A DNA stretch of 64,000 nt from Trueperaceae bacterium (GCA_965213925.1 OZ243927.1:2720001-2784000), one strand, 5' to 3'. Shown: positions 40,658 to 51,931, counted from the first letter of the stretch. Notes: generated by a model from the letters alone, not told the origin. Made by a program: numbers and translations.

Positions 40658-41727
40658 CCTGGTTCCCCTTCTTGTTGCAAGTAGGCTAAGAGCACCGTCC
40701 CGGACGGTCCCGAGGTTTCCGTGACCAAACGTCCGCCGTGCGCCTCGATGATGCGGCGGGCGATGAAGAGCCCCAAGCCGCCCGTGCCCGCAGCGTAGCG
40801 TTTGCCTGCAATGTCTATGGGCTGCGCGTTAAAGGGCTGCGCGAGTCTCTCTAAGGGTGCGGGCAGACCGGGACCGTCGTCGCTGATGCGAATAACGCCG
40901 GGGAACAGCTCGAGCTTAATCTCCCGGCTCGCGTAGCGCACCGCGTTCGAGACGAGGTTGTAGAGCGAACGCTCCAACTCCCGCGCGTCGACCTTTGCCC
41001 GCGCCTCGCCGCTGTAGGTGATGCGCACCGCGCGCTCCTTCGCGAGCGGCTCCGCGCGCCGGACGACCTCGGCGACGATCGGTTCTAACTTCTGCGTCTG
41101 ACATTTCAGCGGCACGTCGTCGCGTTCGAACTTGTGGGCGGCGACCATCTTTTGCACCAGGTCGACGAGGCGCGTGTTTTCGTGCAGGATTTGGTCCACC
41201 AGCGAGACGCGCTCCTCGCGCGAGAGCGCGTCGTTGTCGCGGATCACCGCGAGGAGGTGATTCGTCGCGACGAGGGGCGTTTTGAGGTCGTGCATCAAGG
41301 TCGCCAAAAAGGAGGAGCGGCGCGACTGCTCCAAGGTTACCTGCTGCAAAAGCGCGTCGAACGACTCACTGAGCGCTAGGACCTCTCGGGGCGCGTCCGC
41401 TTGGGCGGAGAGCTTAACGCCCAAGCGGTCCGGCTTGCGCTGCAACGCGCCGATCTGCGCGCTGAGGCGAAAGAGCGGCGCGAGCAGTTGGCGCGAGAGC
41501 ACGTAGCCGATGCCCGCCGAGAGGACGGCAACAGCCACGAGCCAGAAGACGAGCAGAAACCAGAGCCGCGCCGCCTCGTCCGAGGGGTCACCCCAGCGGG
41601 GCAAGAGCACCGCGAGTACGGTGACTAAGTTCGGCAAAAAGGAGAGCACGCCGACGACGAGCGCGACTTGTAGCCGCAGGCTCGGGGGCCACAGGCTGCG
41701 CCGTTTCGGTCTCGAGGGGGACGTCAC
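40642..41727 (-). CDS. Sensor histidine kinase (2 TM, HAMP)
   Basis: HDLKTPL, NLVSNAVRY, DDGPG, GGLGLFI. Confidence 0.93.
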   Translation of the reverse strand: MTSPSRPKRRSLWPPSLRLQVALVVGVLSFLPNLVTVLAVLLPRWGDPSDEAARLWFLLVFWLVAVAVLSAGIGYVLSRQLLAPLFRLSAQIGALQRKPDRLGVKLSAQADAPREVLALSESFDALLQQVTLEQSRRSSFLATLMHDLKTPLVATNHLLAVIRDNDALSREERVSLVDQILHENTRLVDLVQKMVAAHKFERDDVPLKCQTQKLEPIVAEVVRRAEPLAKERAVRITYSGEARAKVDARELERSLYNLVSNAVRYASREIKLELFPGVIRISDDGPGLPAPLERLAQPFNAQPIDIAGKRYAAGTGGLGLFIARRIIEAHGGRLVTETSGPSGTVLLAYLQQEGEPGCASS

Positions 41728-41739
41728 CCCCTCTCTATA

Positions 41740-43527
41740 TCATTCCCCCGAGGAGAGGACGGCCAAAAATGCCTCTTGCGGCACCTCCACGCTGCCGAGC
41801 TGCTTCATGCGCTCCTTGCCCTTTTTCTGCTTCTCTAAGAGCTTGCGCTTGCGCGTGATGTCGCCGCCGTAGCACTTCGCGGTGACGTCCTTGCGAAATG
41901 CGCGGACCGTCGCCCGCGCCAGAATTTTGCCGCCGATCGCCGCCTGGATCGGCACGGCGAACATCTGCCGGGGGATGACGTCGGCCATCTTGTCGACGAT
42001 CTTGCGCCCGATGCCGTACGCCTTGTTGCGGTGCGCGATGATGGCTAAAGCGTCCACCTTCTCCTCGTTGACCAGCACGTCCACCTTGACGAGCTGGCCG
42101 GGGCGGTACTCCAGAGGCTCGTAGTCCATCGAGGCGTAGCCGCGCGTCAAGCTCTTCAGGCGGTCGTGAAAGTCGTACAGGATTTCGCCGAAAGGGATTT
42201 CGTAGCGCAGTTCGACGCGCCGCCCGTGGTAGACCATGTTCTTCATGTCGCCGCGCCGGTCTTGCAAAAGTCCCATCACGTTGCCGACGTACTCCTCGGG
42301 CACGTAGACGTTGAGTTTAACGAAGGGCTCTAAAATCCGCGCGACTTCGGTGGGCTCGGGCAGTTCGGCGGGGTTCTGGATGCGCAGGGTGGAGCCGCCG
42401 GTGAGTTCGATCTCGTAGATGACCGCCGGAGCCGTCGCGATAAGCCCGAGGTCGAACTCACGCTCTAATCTAGCTTGCACGATGTCCGCGTGGAGGAGTC
42501 CTAGAAAGCCGCAGCGAAAGCCGAAGCCAAGCGCTTCGCTCGTTTCCGGCTCGAAGGTAAACGCCGCATCGTTCAAAGAGAGCTTTTCTAGCGCCTCGCG
42601 CAAGCGGGGGTAGTCCTCTGAGTCAGTCGGGTAGAGCCCTGAAAAGACGACGGGCTGCGCCGCCTTAAAGCCAGGAATCACGTTCTTCGTCGGTTTTTTG
42701 GCGTGCGTGATCGTGTCGCCGATCTGGGTGTCCTCGATGTTTTTAATGCTCGCGGTGAGCCAGCCCACTTCGCCCGGACCGAGTTCGTGCGCGACCGCTA
42801 AGCTCGGCTCGAAGAAGCCGACCTTGTCCACCTCGAAGGTCTTACCCGTCGAGACGATCTTGATTTCATCCCCTTTTTTGACCGTGCCGTCCAGGACACG
42901 GAGAAAGGGGATAACCCCTTGATAGGAGTCGTAGACGGCGTCGAAAATCAGGCAACTCAAGGGCGCGTCTCTGTCGCCTGCGGGCGGCGGCAAGTGCTCG
43001 ACGATCGCTTCTAAAATCGCCTCGACGTTCTCGCCTGTCTTAGCCGAGACCGCCACGGCGAAGTCGCCGGGAATGCCCACGACCTCCTCGAGTTCGGCGA
43101 TCGCGCCCTCCACGTCGGCGTTAGGCAGGTCGATCTTGTTGACGATGGGCAAAACGTCCAGACCGTTGTCAACCGCCAGATACGCATTCTGAATCGTTTG
43201 CGCCTCGACCCCTTGCGAGGCGTCGATGACGAGCAGCACGCCTTCGCACGCCCTTAGCGCGCGCGAGACCTCATAGTTGAAGTCTACGTGTCCCGGCGTG
43301 TCGATGAGGTTGAACATGTAGCGCTCGCCGTTTTTCGCCTGATAGTAGAGCCGCATCGGGCTCGCCTTGATGGTGATGCCGCGCTCGCGCTCCAACTCTA
43401 AGGTGTCCAACATCTGGTCACGGCGGTTGCGCTCGCTGACGCTCTGAGTCAGCTCCAAAATGCGGTCGGCGAGCGTTGACTTGCCGTGGTCTACGTGCGC
43501 GATGATTGAGAAGTTACGGATTTCCAT
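41740..43527 (-). CDS. lepA: Translation elongation factor 4
   Basis: [59 protein letters not shown] is 7 nt before ATG. Confidence 0.98.
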   Translation of the reverse strand: MEIRNFSIIAHVDHGKSTLADRILELTQSVSERNRRDQMLDTLELERERGITIKASPMRLYYQAKNGERYMFNLIDTPGHVDFNYEVSRALRACEGVLLVIDASQGVEAQTIQNAYLAVDNGLDVLPIVNKIDLPNADVEGAIAELEEVVGIPGDFAVAVSAKTGENVEAILEAIVEHLPPPAGDRDAPLSCLIFDAVYDSYQGVIPFLRVLDGTVKKGDEIKIVSTGKTFEVDKVGFFEPSLAVAHELGPGEVGWLTASIKNIEDTQIGDTITHAKKPTKNVIPGFKAAQPVVFSGLYPTDSEDYPRLREALEKLSLNDAAFTFEPETSEALGFGFRCGFLGLLHADIVQARLEREFDLGLIATAPAVIYEIELTGGSTLRIQNPAELPEPTEVARILEPFVKLNVYVPEEYVGNVMGLLQDRRGDMKNMVYHGRRVELRYEIPFGEILYDFHDRLKSLTRGYASMDYEPLEYRPGQLVKVDVLVNEEKVDALAIIAHRNKAYGIGRKIVDKMADVIPRQMFAVPIQAAIGGKILARATVRAFRKDVTAKCYGGDITRKRKLLEKQKKGKERMKQLGSVEVPQEAFLAVLSSGE

Positions 43528-43893
43528 TGCCAGTATTGTACCGGAGAAGCGCGCCGCGAACTGACGTATGCACACAGAGCGGAAGTTCACACCGCGTAAC
43601 TAGGGCGAATACCTGCATTATTTGTAGCATTTGTGAGGGCTTGTGGCGTGCGAGTAAAAGAGAAACTCATGCCTTGCAGAAATACACCACGCTGTCTCAA
43701 ACGCAATTTCTTACCAAAGGCTGTTAGCGTTTTAGGTATAAGCTCAAAAGCTTTTGCTAACGGCTAATAGCTTGGTACTGAAACTTTTTACAGCCAACGG
43801 ATAGAGGCAAGGCTTGAGACAAAGTAGGGTTGATGAAGGGACAATTTCTAATTTCTCACTGTTTCAAATCTCTGGTGAGGTTACGCTACGAGC

Positions 43894-44442
43894 ATGAACA
43901 TGCCTAGTTTTTCACGGTTTCGCTCCGGCACGGCCCTCTCCTATCCTTCGGGTCAGAGCGTGACGTATAGCGAGATGGAAAAGAGCGGGTTGCAAGAGCA
44001 CTATATCCGCATTCTGCATAAACTCATCTCTAAAGGAGAGGTTGACAAAGCGCAAGTAAACACGTGGCTGAGCCGCGCCGCCTCGAAAGACCGCGCGGAG
44101 GGTCGCAAGGTCAGAGACGAACTCGAGGCGACCCAGCCCGCGCCCGCGATTCCTACGCCAGCGGCGAAAGCGCCTGGCACGCTTCGTTCCGGTCAAAACC
44201 GCTCCGGGGCGCGTTCAACGGCTACCGGCACGAAGCGCGGACGCGCCGAAAAGCTCCTCACGCTCGTTTCGAAGGGCAACCATAAGGAAGCCGTCAAAGC
44301 GGCCAGGACGTATGACCTCTCCCCTACGCAGGTCGCAGAAGCTGCGCTCCGCCCCGGACAGTCGACCGAAGCGCACGTGGTGAAAGCGCCGACGAAAGTC
44401 GCGAGCAAGTTGATTACGACGGGGTACTGGGCGACGCAGTGA
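43894..44442 (+). CDS. Hypothetical basic protein
   Basis: 182-codon ORF filling the gap after an AT-rich promoter region; Lys/Arg-rich with an Ala/Pro linker. Confidence 0.6.
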   Translation: MNMPSFSRFRSGTALSYPSGQSVTYSEMEKSGLQEHYIRILHKLISKGEVDKAQVNTWLSRAASKDRAEGRKVRDELEATQPAPAIPTPAAKAPGTLRSGQNRSGARSTATGTKRGRAEKLLTLVSKGNHKEAVKAARTYDLSPTQVAEAALRPGQSTEAHVVKAPTKVASKLITTGYWATQ

Positions 44443-44572
44443 CGCTTACGCGAAGAGGGTCGTGAAGAGGATGGAGGCAGCGTTGCGAACGCAGAAGGAC
44501 TTGGTGCTGAGCCCGTCGCCTACAATCACGACCCCGCCGCTGCTCGCTGTTTTCTCTAGGCAGGCGTCTACA

Positions 44573-46489
44573 TCACTCGTTCAGCACCTCTTTGGCGCGT
44601 CTGGTTTCAACGATGAGTTGCACGTCGCCAGGGTTGTCTTGCCAGCGCGCGGGGTCCACATAGTAGGTCGCGTAGTAGAATCTGCCGCTGTCTGAAGGTT
44701 TGATATCGGTTTCTTGCTCGAGCAAAGACCATAGCGCCTCTACCCTGCTCTCCTGCTGAGCGTCCTGAACCGTAGCGGCTTTAAGAAGCGCCTGCAGCTT
44801 GCCGTAGCCAAATTTGTCGTTCACCGCTTGCAGGTCGACGACTACCTCTTCACCTTCGGGGCTGACTTTGGCGACCTGTATGTAGCTCGCGGTCGGTCCA
44901 GCGATGCCGCCAAAAACGGGATAGAGCGCGAAGGGCCAGCCGTCTTTGATGCGCACGAGACCGAACGCGAGGTTGACGCTAACGAGCAGCGTACCGACGA
45001 GGACGATAGGCGCGAGTTTTGCAGCGCGGGGCAGTGCTGACGCCTTGGTAGGAAGAGACCTACCTTGTTTTTGCCCCAGCAGCGTGTCGGGCAGGAGGAA
45101 TAAGAAAGGCAGGAGTGGCCATAGGACGAGCACTCGGGCGCAGAGTCCGCGGAGCGCCCCCATGCCCACGCGGCGCTCCGCGCCAACCTCGAAGTATGGT
45201 CCCGACGCGCCCTGCGCCGCTTCCTGCTCTTTCCTAGGGATATAGTTCACCCGGCCGAAGAGGTCGAGCACGCGAACCGCGCCGAGCGTGCGCCCCAAAA
45301 CTGTGCGCTCGTCGTAGACGAGGCGCGCCTCTTGCGGATAGATTTTCGCGCCGAGCCAGGTGAATACGCGGTGCCAATCGACGAAGGTCAGGTAGGCGAT
45401 CTGCAAACTGTAAAAGGGGATGCGCATGACCAGGTTCGTCACGCTGTGAAAACTAAAGCCGACGACCGCGACGACGGGGCGCAGGAGCGGGAAAAAGATG
45501 AGCAAGACGAACGCGAGCTCGAACGCGACCGCCGCCGCTGCGCCGCCTTGGTAAAGCAGCGGCGAGCTGTCGAGGCGCAGAAACGGAACCCACTCGCCGA
45601 GCGAGACCCAATTTCTAAACATGATGTTGCGAAAGTTGTCACCCAAAATCCAGGCAAAGCCGCCCGTCGCGAGCTTGTACAGTCCTGGAAAGAGGTAGGC
45701 GACCGCCATGAGGAGCCATATAAACCTGAGGGGCAGCGCGTACGCTCGGCTCGCCCGCGGCGTCCAGTCGCCGTGACGCCAGGCGCGGCGAAAGGCGTCG
45801 ACCGATAAGGTGTCGGCACAGGGGCTCACCGCCATGATCGCCATAAAGAAGATCAGGTGGTTATAGTGGTCAATCTTGCCGAAGAAGTTCGGGATGCCCA
45901 GGACGTAAACGCCTAGCACGAGCGCTAGGAGGGCCGAGACGCGCGTATACGCGCCGACAGCCGCCAGCAGGCTCGAGAGGACAAAGAGGTGATACGCCCA
46001 CGTGACGGTGGTCGGGTTTATAGGAAGTACGCTCAGAAGCCAATTCATGCCGACGGGCGGACTCAGAAAGACCTCGGGCAGCGTGCTGAAGAGCAGATAG
46101 TAGTCTTTGCTGTAAAGAAACGCCGCGAACGTAAAGAGGACGATGCGAAAAAGCGCCAGCGTGAGCGGGTGCGCCTCGGCGTTAAAAAAGCGCACGACGA
46201 GGTCCCGAACGTGCGCGCGGTAGATCGCGGCGACGCTGAGCAGCAGTCCGGAGGTGCAAGCGAGCGTCCAGAGCGCGAAGAGGGGGTCGTCGCGTAACCG
46301 GTGGGGGCTACCGCCCGTATCGCCTGGCGGCGCAGCGAGTTTGCTCAGCGCCGCGCCGGGTAGCACCTCACTCAAGGCGCGAAGCAGCGGCTCAGCGAAA
46401 AGCGCGTAAAGTAGCCCGCCGCCGAGCACGAGCGCTGCAAAAACGCCTAGCGCTAAGAGCGCCCGAGACGACTTCTTATCTGCAGACAT
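44573..46489 (-). CDS. HTTM-domain membrane protein with a degenerate DCC1/DUF393-like insert
   Basis: LALFRIV, FFGKIDH, SPCADTLSVD, YLFPGLYKL, FELAF..GFSFH, WPF; LVYDERT..LDLFGRV resembles DCC1 without its Cys residues. Confidence 0.7.
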   Translation of the reverse strand: MSADKKSSRALLALGVFAALVLGGGLLYALFAEPLLRALSEVLPGAALSKLAAPPGDTGGSPHRLRDDPLFALWTLACTSGLLLSVAAIYRAHVRDLVVRFFNAEAHPLTLALFRIVLFTFAAFLYSKDYYLLFSTLPEVFLSPPVGMNWLLSVLPINPTTVTWAYHLFVLSSLLAAVGAYTRVSALLALVLGVYVLGIPNFFGKIDHYNHLIFFMAIMAVSPCADTLSVDAFRRAWRHGDWTPRASRAYALPLRFIWLLMAVAYLFPGLYKLATGGFAWILGDNFRNIMFRNWVSLGEWVPFLRLDSSPLLYQGGAAAAVAFELAFVLLIFFPLLRPVVAVVGFSFHSVTNLVMRIPFYSLQIAYLTFVDWHRVFTWLGAKIYPQEARLVYDERTVLGRTLGAVRVLDLFGRVNYIPRKEQEAAQGASGPYFEVGAERRVGMGALRGLCARVLVLWPLLPFLFLLPDTLLGQKQGRSLPTKASALPRAAKLAPIVLVGTLLVSVNLAFGLVRIKDGWPFALYPVFGGIAGPTASYIQVAKVSPEGEEVVVDLQAVNDKFGYGKLQALLKAATVQDAQQESRVEALWSLLEQETDIKPSDSGRFYYATYYVDPARWQDNPGDVQLIVETRRAKEVLNE

Positions 46490-46809
46490 GTCAACCCCTA
46501 TGTACACGATCTCGAGGCGCGCTGGCAGGGCACCTCAGAAGTAAGATAACGTTACGCAGCTCGCGGTGCGACACTGCTTCTGACCTGCTGAGTTTTTGAG
46601 ATCGCTTCTTGGTTTGTCCAGCAAGTTTGTTGCAGCTTACCAGATGTCACGTTTCACGTTCACGACATGAAAACTTGGCTTCGGAAACTGTGCGAGAGGT
46701 GCTAGATGCACCATCCTGTGGACATTTCACACGTTTACAATAATAGGCTCAGCTCGTTTGAGCCAACCTTACGTTTAGAAACGTCAGTCGGAACGTGGGC
46801 AGAACTGTG

Positions 46810-46849
46810 CCAAGTCGCGAGAGAACTTTGCAGTTCTCTCGCGACTTGG
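46810..46849. terminator. Perfect 18-bp hairpin downstream of the nucleotide-sugar dehydrogenase
   Basis: CCAAGTCGCGAGAGAACT-TTGC-AGTTCTCTCGCGACTTGG. Confidence 0.7.
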
Positions 46850-46862
46850 TAAGTCATACCGT

Positions 46863-48194
46863 TTAGGCGACTAACTCGTTTTGCTTGTCGTCCTCCCAGC
46901 AGAGCGCCCGGTAGTCTAAGCCGGCCGGAACCTGGTCAAAAAGTCCCGCCAAATCCAGGACCTTCGTGCCGGCTGGCACCGCCAAGAGCGCCTCCCGAAA
47001 CTCATCGGTCGCGTGCGTGACGATGATGAGGTCGGCATAGTCAAGCGCACCTTGCAAGTCATCGGTCAAGAGCGCCTCGAAGTGAGGCAAGTTCTGCTGG
47101 ATGAAGCTGAGGTTCGCGCCCATGAGGTTCGCCTGATAGACCGCGCTGTCGTAGATCGCGATTTCGCGACCTTCGCCTAAGAGCTTCTTGACGAGCGGCA
47201 CCGCCGGGCTCTCGCGCAGGTCGTCCGTTTTCGGTTTGAAGGCGAGGCCTAAGACAGCGACGCGCTCGGCGTCCGCCTCCAACGCGACGTTGCCCGCGAG
47301 TTCGACCATCGTCTGGTTGCTCACCGGGATCGCTTCTAGCATGGGCACGCTCACGTGCTGCTCGCTCGCGTAGTGGATGAGCGCTCCTAAATCCTTAGGC
47401 AAGCAGGAGCCGCCGTAGGCGAAGCCCGGCTTCATGTACGCGGGGGATACATTGAGCTTCGTGTCCTGCGTGATGATATCCATGACCTCGCGTCCGTCGA
47501 CGCCGAATCCCTTTGCGACGCGGCCTACCTCGTTGGCGAAGGCGATTTTGGCAGCGTGCCAGGTGTTGGCGACGTACTTAACCATTTCGGCGACCGCGGG
47601 TTTCACGACGACAAAGGGCGCGTCGAGTCCGGCGTAGATGTCGCGCACCGCCGCCTCCGCGATGGGGTCTTCCGTGCCGATGACGGTGTAGGGGGGCGCG
47701 TCGTAGTCTTTGATGGCGGAGCCCTCGCGCAAGAACTCGGGGTTGAACGCGACGTGAACGGGCGTCTCGCCCGCCTCTTCGCGCAAAATGTCGCGGCAGC
47801 GCTCCAGGGTTCCTGGCGGCACCGTGCTGCGCAAGATCACCACGTGGGGCTCGCCCTTTTCGCGTACGGCTTTGCCGATTTCGCGGCACACCGTGTAGAC
47901 GTAGTGCAGGTTCGGTCCCCCTTGCGCGTCGGGGGGCGTGCCGACGCTGATTAAGGACAGCTCCGACGCGGCGGCAGCTTCAAACGCGTTGCCGGTCGTT
48001 TTGATACGACCTGCGCTGACATATTCGCCGAGCAGTTCCTCTAAGCCGGGCTCGACGACGGTCGATTTACCGCTCGCGAGCAGCTCGAGCTTCGCCGGGC
48101 TCACGTCCACGCCGATGACCGTATTACCGTCACGCGCTAAGCACGCCGCCGTCACCGTTCCGACATAGCCTAAACCGAATACACTGATGTTCAT
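46863..48194 (-). CDS. Nucleotide-sugar dehydrogenase (GDP-mannose 6-dehydrogenase AlgD-like)
   Basis: GLGYVG, RSTVPPG, NPEFLREG, PGFAYGGSCLPKD, KPKTDDLRESP. Confidence 0.92.
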   Translation of the reverse strand: MNISVFGLGYVGTVTAACLARDGNTVIGVDVSPAKLELLASGKSTVVEPGLEELLGEYVSAGRIKTTGNAFEAAAASELSLISVGTPPDAQGGPNLHYVYTVCREIGKAVREKGEPHVVILRSTVPPGTLERCRDILREEAGETPVHVAFNPEFLREGSAIKDYDAPPYTVIGTEDPIAEAAVRDIYAGLDAPFVVVKPAVAEMVKYVANTWHAAKIAFANEVGRVAKGFGVDGREVMDIITQDTKLNVSPAYMKPGFAYGGSCLPKDLGALIHYASEQHVSVPMLEAIPVSNQTMVELAGNVALEADAERVAVLGLAFKPKTDDLRESPAVPLVKKLLGEGREIAIYDSAVYQANLMGANLSFIQQNLPHFEALLTDDLQGALDYADLIIVTHATDEFREALLAVPAGTKVLDLAGLFDQVPAGLDYRALCWEDDKQNELVA

Positions 48195-48509
48195 ACCTGA
48201 TCTCCTAATTGGGGGGTTGAGGTTTGGGTCTTACCCGCTGCCTATTGCGTTAGCCTAGCACGCCCTTCTCACTTTCACGCTGCACGATGACCATTTTTTA
48301 ACTTTTGATGAAATAAGTACTTCGGCTTGGATAAGCTAAACGATTTCGAGGAAGTTTTCGCCCTCAGAACGGACTTCGCTGATATCTTCAAATTTGGGTT
48401 ATTTTGGCGCACCTGACTTAGGGTGGAGAAACGCCTCTTGAAGAGGCTTGCCACCGTCCGAATCGTAACGCTCGAGTTAGAGAAATTTATGAGATACAGA
48501 TGGAAATAT

Positions 48510-48543
48510 AAAAAAGTAGAGGCTGCGAGACGCAGCCTCTACT
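48510..48543 (-). terminator. Intrinsic terminator of the iscA-like gene
   Basis: AAAAA-AGTAGAGGCTGCG-AGA-CGCAGCCTCTACT. Confidence 0.75.
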
Positions 48544-48574
48544 CGTCAAGTTTCGATAAACTGATCTAGGTTTA

Positions 48575-48946
48575 TCAGTGGCAGCTCGGCGCGCCTTCAC
48601 CGTTGGGAGCTTGTCTGCCGTCCGTACGAAAGGAGCTGCCGCAGCCGCACGCGCTCGTCGCGTTGGGGTTACTCACGCTGAAGCCGCCGCCCATCATGTT
48701 CTCGACGTAGTCGACTTCGGAGCCGTCGAGTAGGGGTAAACTCATCTTGTCGACGACTAAGCGCACGCCTCTATCTTCAAAAACGGTGTCGCCCTCTAGG
48801 GAGCGCTCGTCTATCGCCATGCCGTAGGAGTAGCCGCTGCAGCCCCCCGACTTGACGAAGACGCGAATCGCCGCGTTCTCTTTCTGGTTAGCCTTGAGCA
48901 GCTCGCTCGCTTTGCTAGCAGCCACGTCGGTAAAATTCATAGACAT
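48575..48946 (-). CDS. A-type Fe-S cluster carrier (HesB/IscA/ErpA family)
   Basis: [29 protein letters not shown]. Confidence 0.95.
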   Translation of the reverse strand: MSMNFTDVAASKASELLKANQKENAAIRVFVKSGGCSGYSYGMAIDERSLEGDTVFEDRGVRLVVDKMSLPLLDGSEVDYVENMMGGGFSVSNPNATSACGCGSSFRTDGRQAPNGEGAPSCH

Positions 48947-49078
48947 CTTGTCCTCCTGAAGTGCGTGTAAGCAACTTACGCTATAGATTATAGCACGCGG
49001 TGTTTAGGGGTGTGGAGCGCTAACGTTACCTTGAAGGTCACGTCGCTTCGCTGCTCTGAACGTTCGGTTTCTCTCGTT

Positions 49079-50291
49079 ATAAGTACCTCAACAGATTTAA
49101 TCTAAACCGAGTTTTGGTTTAGCGAAGTTGATGTTGAGCAGTGAGCCGACAGCGGCTAAGGCAAGCTGCGCGGCGTAACGAAGGTGTTCAAAGCGGAGGT
49201 AGTCCTGGGGTCTGAGCCAAAGGTTACCGCCAACGGCGGCTAGCGGGAGCGGGACCACGCGACTTCGCTTTACGCGATCACCTGTCTCGCACTTGAGCTT
49301 GCGCCGAACTAGCCCCAACGGGCCGCTAGCGGGAACGCGCCACGCGTGACGCTTTGCCCGTTCTAGAGAGGATTTCGGCTAGGTTGAGATGCGGTGAATA
49401 GGTGGGTAGAAGAGGGTGAGCCCACGCCGCTCCCAGCTAGGGCGACGTTCCTGTATAGCTTTAGCGGTATGTATCTTGGCGTTATCCAGGACGATCACAG
49501 TTCCTCTGCTGAGCTTCAGAGAAAGACGTTCAAGCCGCTCGGCTAGAAATTCGACCGTGTAGGGACGCTGACCTCGAAAAGCGAGGCGCTGTTCCGGCGA
49601 ATCAGTCCGAGACAGTTGAGTCCCGGACCTCGACTTGTAGGCGTCCACACGTCCTCACCCTTGAACTGCCGAGCATAGGGGACGACGGGGTCGAGCGAGA
49701 CGCGGCACTCGTCAGCGTAGTAGAGGTCGAGCAGGTTAGACGCACTCATCTGTTCGAGTAGCGCTAATCCTTCGACTTCGAGGCTGCAGAACTCCGGGCA
49801 CGGCTCTTCGAGGGGACGCTCTCGGATTCGTTTACCTGTGCCCCGAACAGGGTATATCGGCGGTTTTTTGACAAAGCGTTTCAAGGTCTCCTCGCTAAAG
49901 GACTTGCCTAGCATCTGCTCGGGCTCTTCTCTAGCAACCGAGAGTTCCTGACGGTGTTCAGCTACAACCTCTCTTACCTTAGCCAAGTCAGCCTCTTCGA
50001 GGATCGGCTCGCGCCCCCTACCCCAGAGGGTTCTTGGTCCCTCAATACCTCCTTGTCTAGAGCGCTCTAGCTAGATGTCGACTGTGACCTGGTCGCAACC
50101 CACCTGCTTCGCTACCTCTGCCGAGGTGCGCCGCTCGCGCTTGAGTAACACCCCTTTACACCGCTGACGATAACTGTGAGTTTTGCCTGTTCGGTACTCG
50201 CGCTCGAGTGCTCGGCGTTCGTCTTCACCTAACTCGACATATCTGATCTGCCCCATACCGACATTTTAGCTTATCTCTGTGTGGGTACTAA
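49079..50291 (-). mobile_element. IS630-family insertion sequence, pseudogenised
   Basis: Fragments: HTH (50071-50256), YADE (49543-49986), VLDNAKIH...PP (49379-49648), HLNLAEIL/RKLK/WLRP; TIRs AGTACCTCAACAGA / TCTGTGTGGGTACT; stops, frameshifts and two small insertions. Confidence 0.85.
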
Positions 50292-50342
50292 GCATTAGAG
50301 AAGGCAATCGAAACGCGCATTTAGCGCTTAGAGATGACTCAG

Positions 50343-50422
50343 AGCGAGTAGAAATGACGTATTCCGGCGAGTAACGCAGGGGTGCGAATGCATTTTGTAG
50401 TGGATTCACCCGGAATCCGTAT
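50343..50422. repeat. SRE/SNR-like dispersed repeat
   Basis: AGCGAGTAGAAATGACGTATTCCGG ... CCCGGAATCCGTAT. Confidence 0.6.
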
Positions 50423-50493
50423 CAGAACGGTCCGCGAGGCTCGAGTGACCAATTTCGGGTTTCTTTTCGGAGCACGTGCTAGATTAAGGCGTC

Positions 50494-51759
50494 ATGCGAA
50501 TTATCTACCTTCACCAATACTTTACGACACCCGAACGCGTCGGGGGAATACGCTCTTACGAGATGGCGCGGCGGCTCGTCGCGGCGGGTCACGAGGTGCA
50601 CATGATCACCTCGAGCAACGCGCCGACGACCGAGACCGACTGGTACCAAACCGAAGAGGCGGGCATCCACGTCCACTGGCTGCCGGTGCCTTACTCCAAC
50701 CGGCAGAGTACGTTAGAGCGCATCAAAGTCTTTCTCCGCTTCGCGTACGGCTCCCTGCGCAAAGCCGCCTCTTTAGAGGGCGACGTGATTTTTGCGACCA
50801 GCACGCCCCTAACCATCGCCATTCCCGGACTCTACGCTTCCTGGCGTAAAAAGGTGCCTTTAGTCTTCGAGGTCCGTGACCTGTGGCCCGAAGCGCCGGT
50901 CCAGATGGGCGTGCTGACGGCGGGTCCACTGGTTGCTGCCGCCAAGCGTTTGGAGCGCGCCGCGTACCGGCGCTCGAGCCACGTCGTCGCGCTCTCGCCG
51001 GGCATGAAAGCGGGTGTTGTCGCCGAGGGTGTGCCCGAGGAGCAAGTGACCGTCATCCCGAACGCTTCGGATTTAGACCTCTTCCGCCCCGACCTAGACG
51101 GCAGCAGCTTCCGCAAGGAATTCGGTCTCGAGGGCAAAACGGTCTTCATCTACTTCGGCACGATGGGGCCCGCCAACGGGCTTGGCTTCGTGCTGGACGG
51201 CGCAGCCGAACTTAAAAAGCGCGGCAGGGACGACGTCGCGATCATCTTACACGGCGACGGCAAGGAGCGCGACATGTTAGAGGCGCGCAAAAAGACCGAA
51301 GGCTTAGACAACGTCGTCTTCTCGAGCTGGGACAAGCACCGCGACGACATCGCCCGCTTGGTCGCCTCCGCCGACGTCGCCATGACCATCTACAAAAACG
51401 TGCCGGTTCTCTACACCTGTTCACCGAACAAGATGTTCGACTCCTTTTCAGCCGGTAAGCCCGTCCTGACCAACATGCCGGGCTGGTTGGGCGGGCTCGT
51501 CGAGCAAAACCGCGCAGGCGTCTTCGTCGAGCCCGACAACGCCGCAGCCTTCGCGGACAAGGCTGAATACCTAGCGGACCACCCCGAGGTGCGCCGCGAG
51601 TTCGGTAAAAACGCACGCAAGCTCGCCGAGGCGGACTTTTCGCGGGACAAGCTCGCGCAGAAGTTAGAGCGCATCCTCGCCCAAGCAGCGCGAACGAAAG
51701 CGGGCCAACCCGCCTCCGTAGGCGAGATTTCCGACAGCCTAGGCGGAGTCAGCAGTTAG
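50494..51759 (+). CDS. Glycosyltransferase family 4 (WbuB-like)
   Basis: IYLHQYF..P, ATSTPL, FEVRDLWPE, SPNKMFD. Confidence 0.93.
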   Translation: MRIIYLHQYFTTPERVGGIRSYEMARRLVAAGHEVHMITSSNAPTTETDWYQTEEAGIHVHWLPVPYSNRQSTLERIKVFLRFAYGSLRKAASLEGDVIFATSTPLTIAIPGLYASWRKKVPLVFEVRDLWPEAPVQMGVLTAGPLVAAAKRLERAAYRRSSHVVALSPGMKAGVVAEGVPEEQVTVIPNASDLDLFRPDLDGSSFRKEFGLEGKTVFIYFGTMGPANGLGFVLDGAAELKKRGRDDVAIILHGDGKERDMLEARKKTEGLDNVVFSSWDKHRDDIARLVASADVAMTIYKNVPVLYTCSPNKMFDSFSAGKPVLTNMPGWLGGLVEQNRAGVFVEPDNAAAFADKAEYLADHPEVRREFGKNARKLAEADFSRDKLAQKLERILAQAARTKAGQPASVGEISDSLGGVSS

Positions 51760-51816
51760 AGGTCTGGTTGGGGGTTGGCCAAGCTCGTCAGGACTTGCTA
51801 TACTAGCGAGTCTTAG

Positions 51817-51892
<76 letters not shown>

Positions 51893-51931
51893 CAAAAGTC
51901 GCTAGAAAAATGGTGCTAAAAGTAGTGAGAT

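Noticed and set aside
49860..49880. Programmed frameshift giving an active IS630 transposase
   Set aside because: Additional stops, frameshifts and two insertions make the element non-functional regardless.
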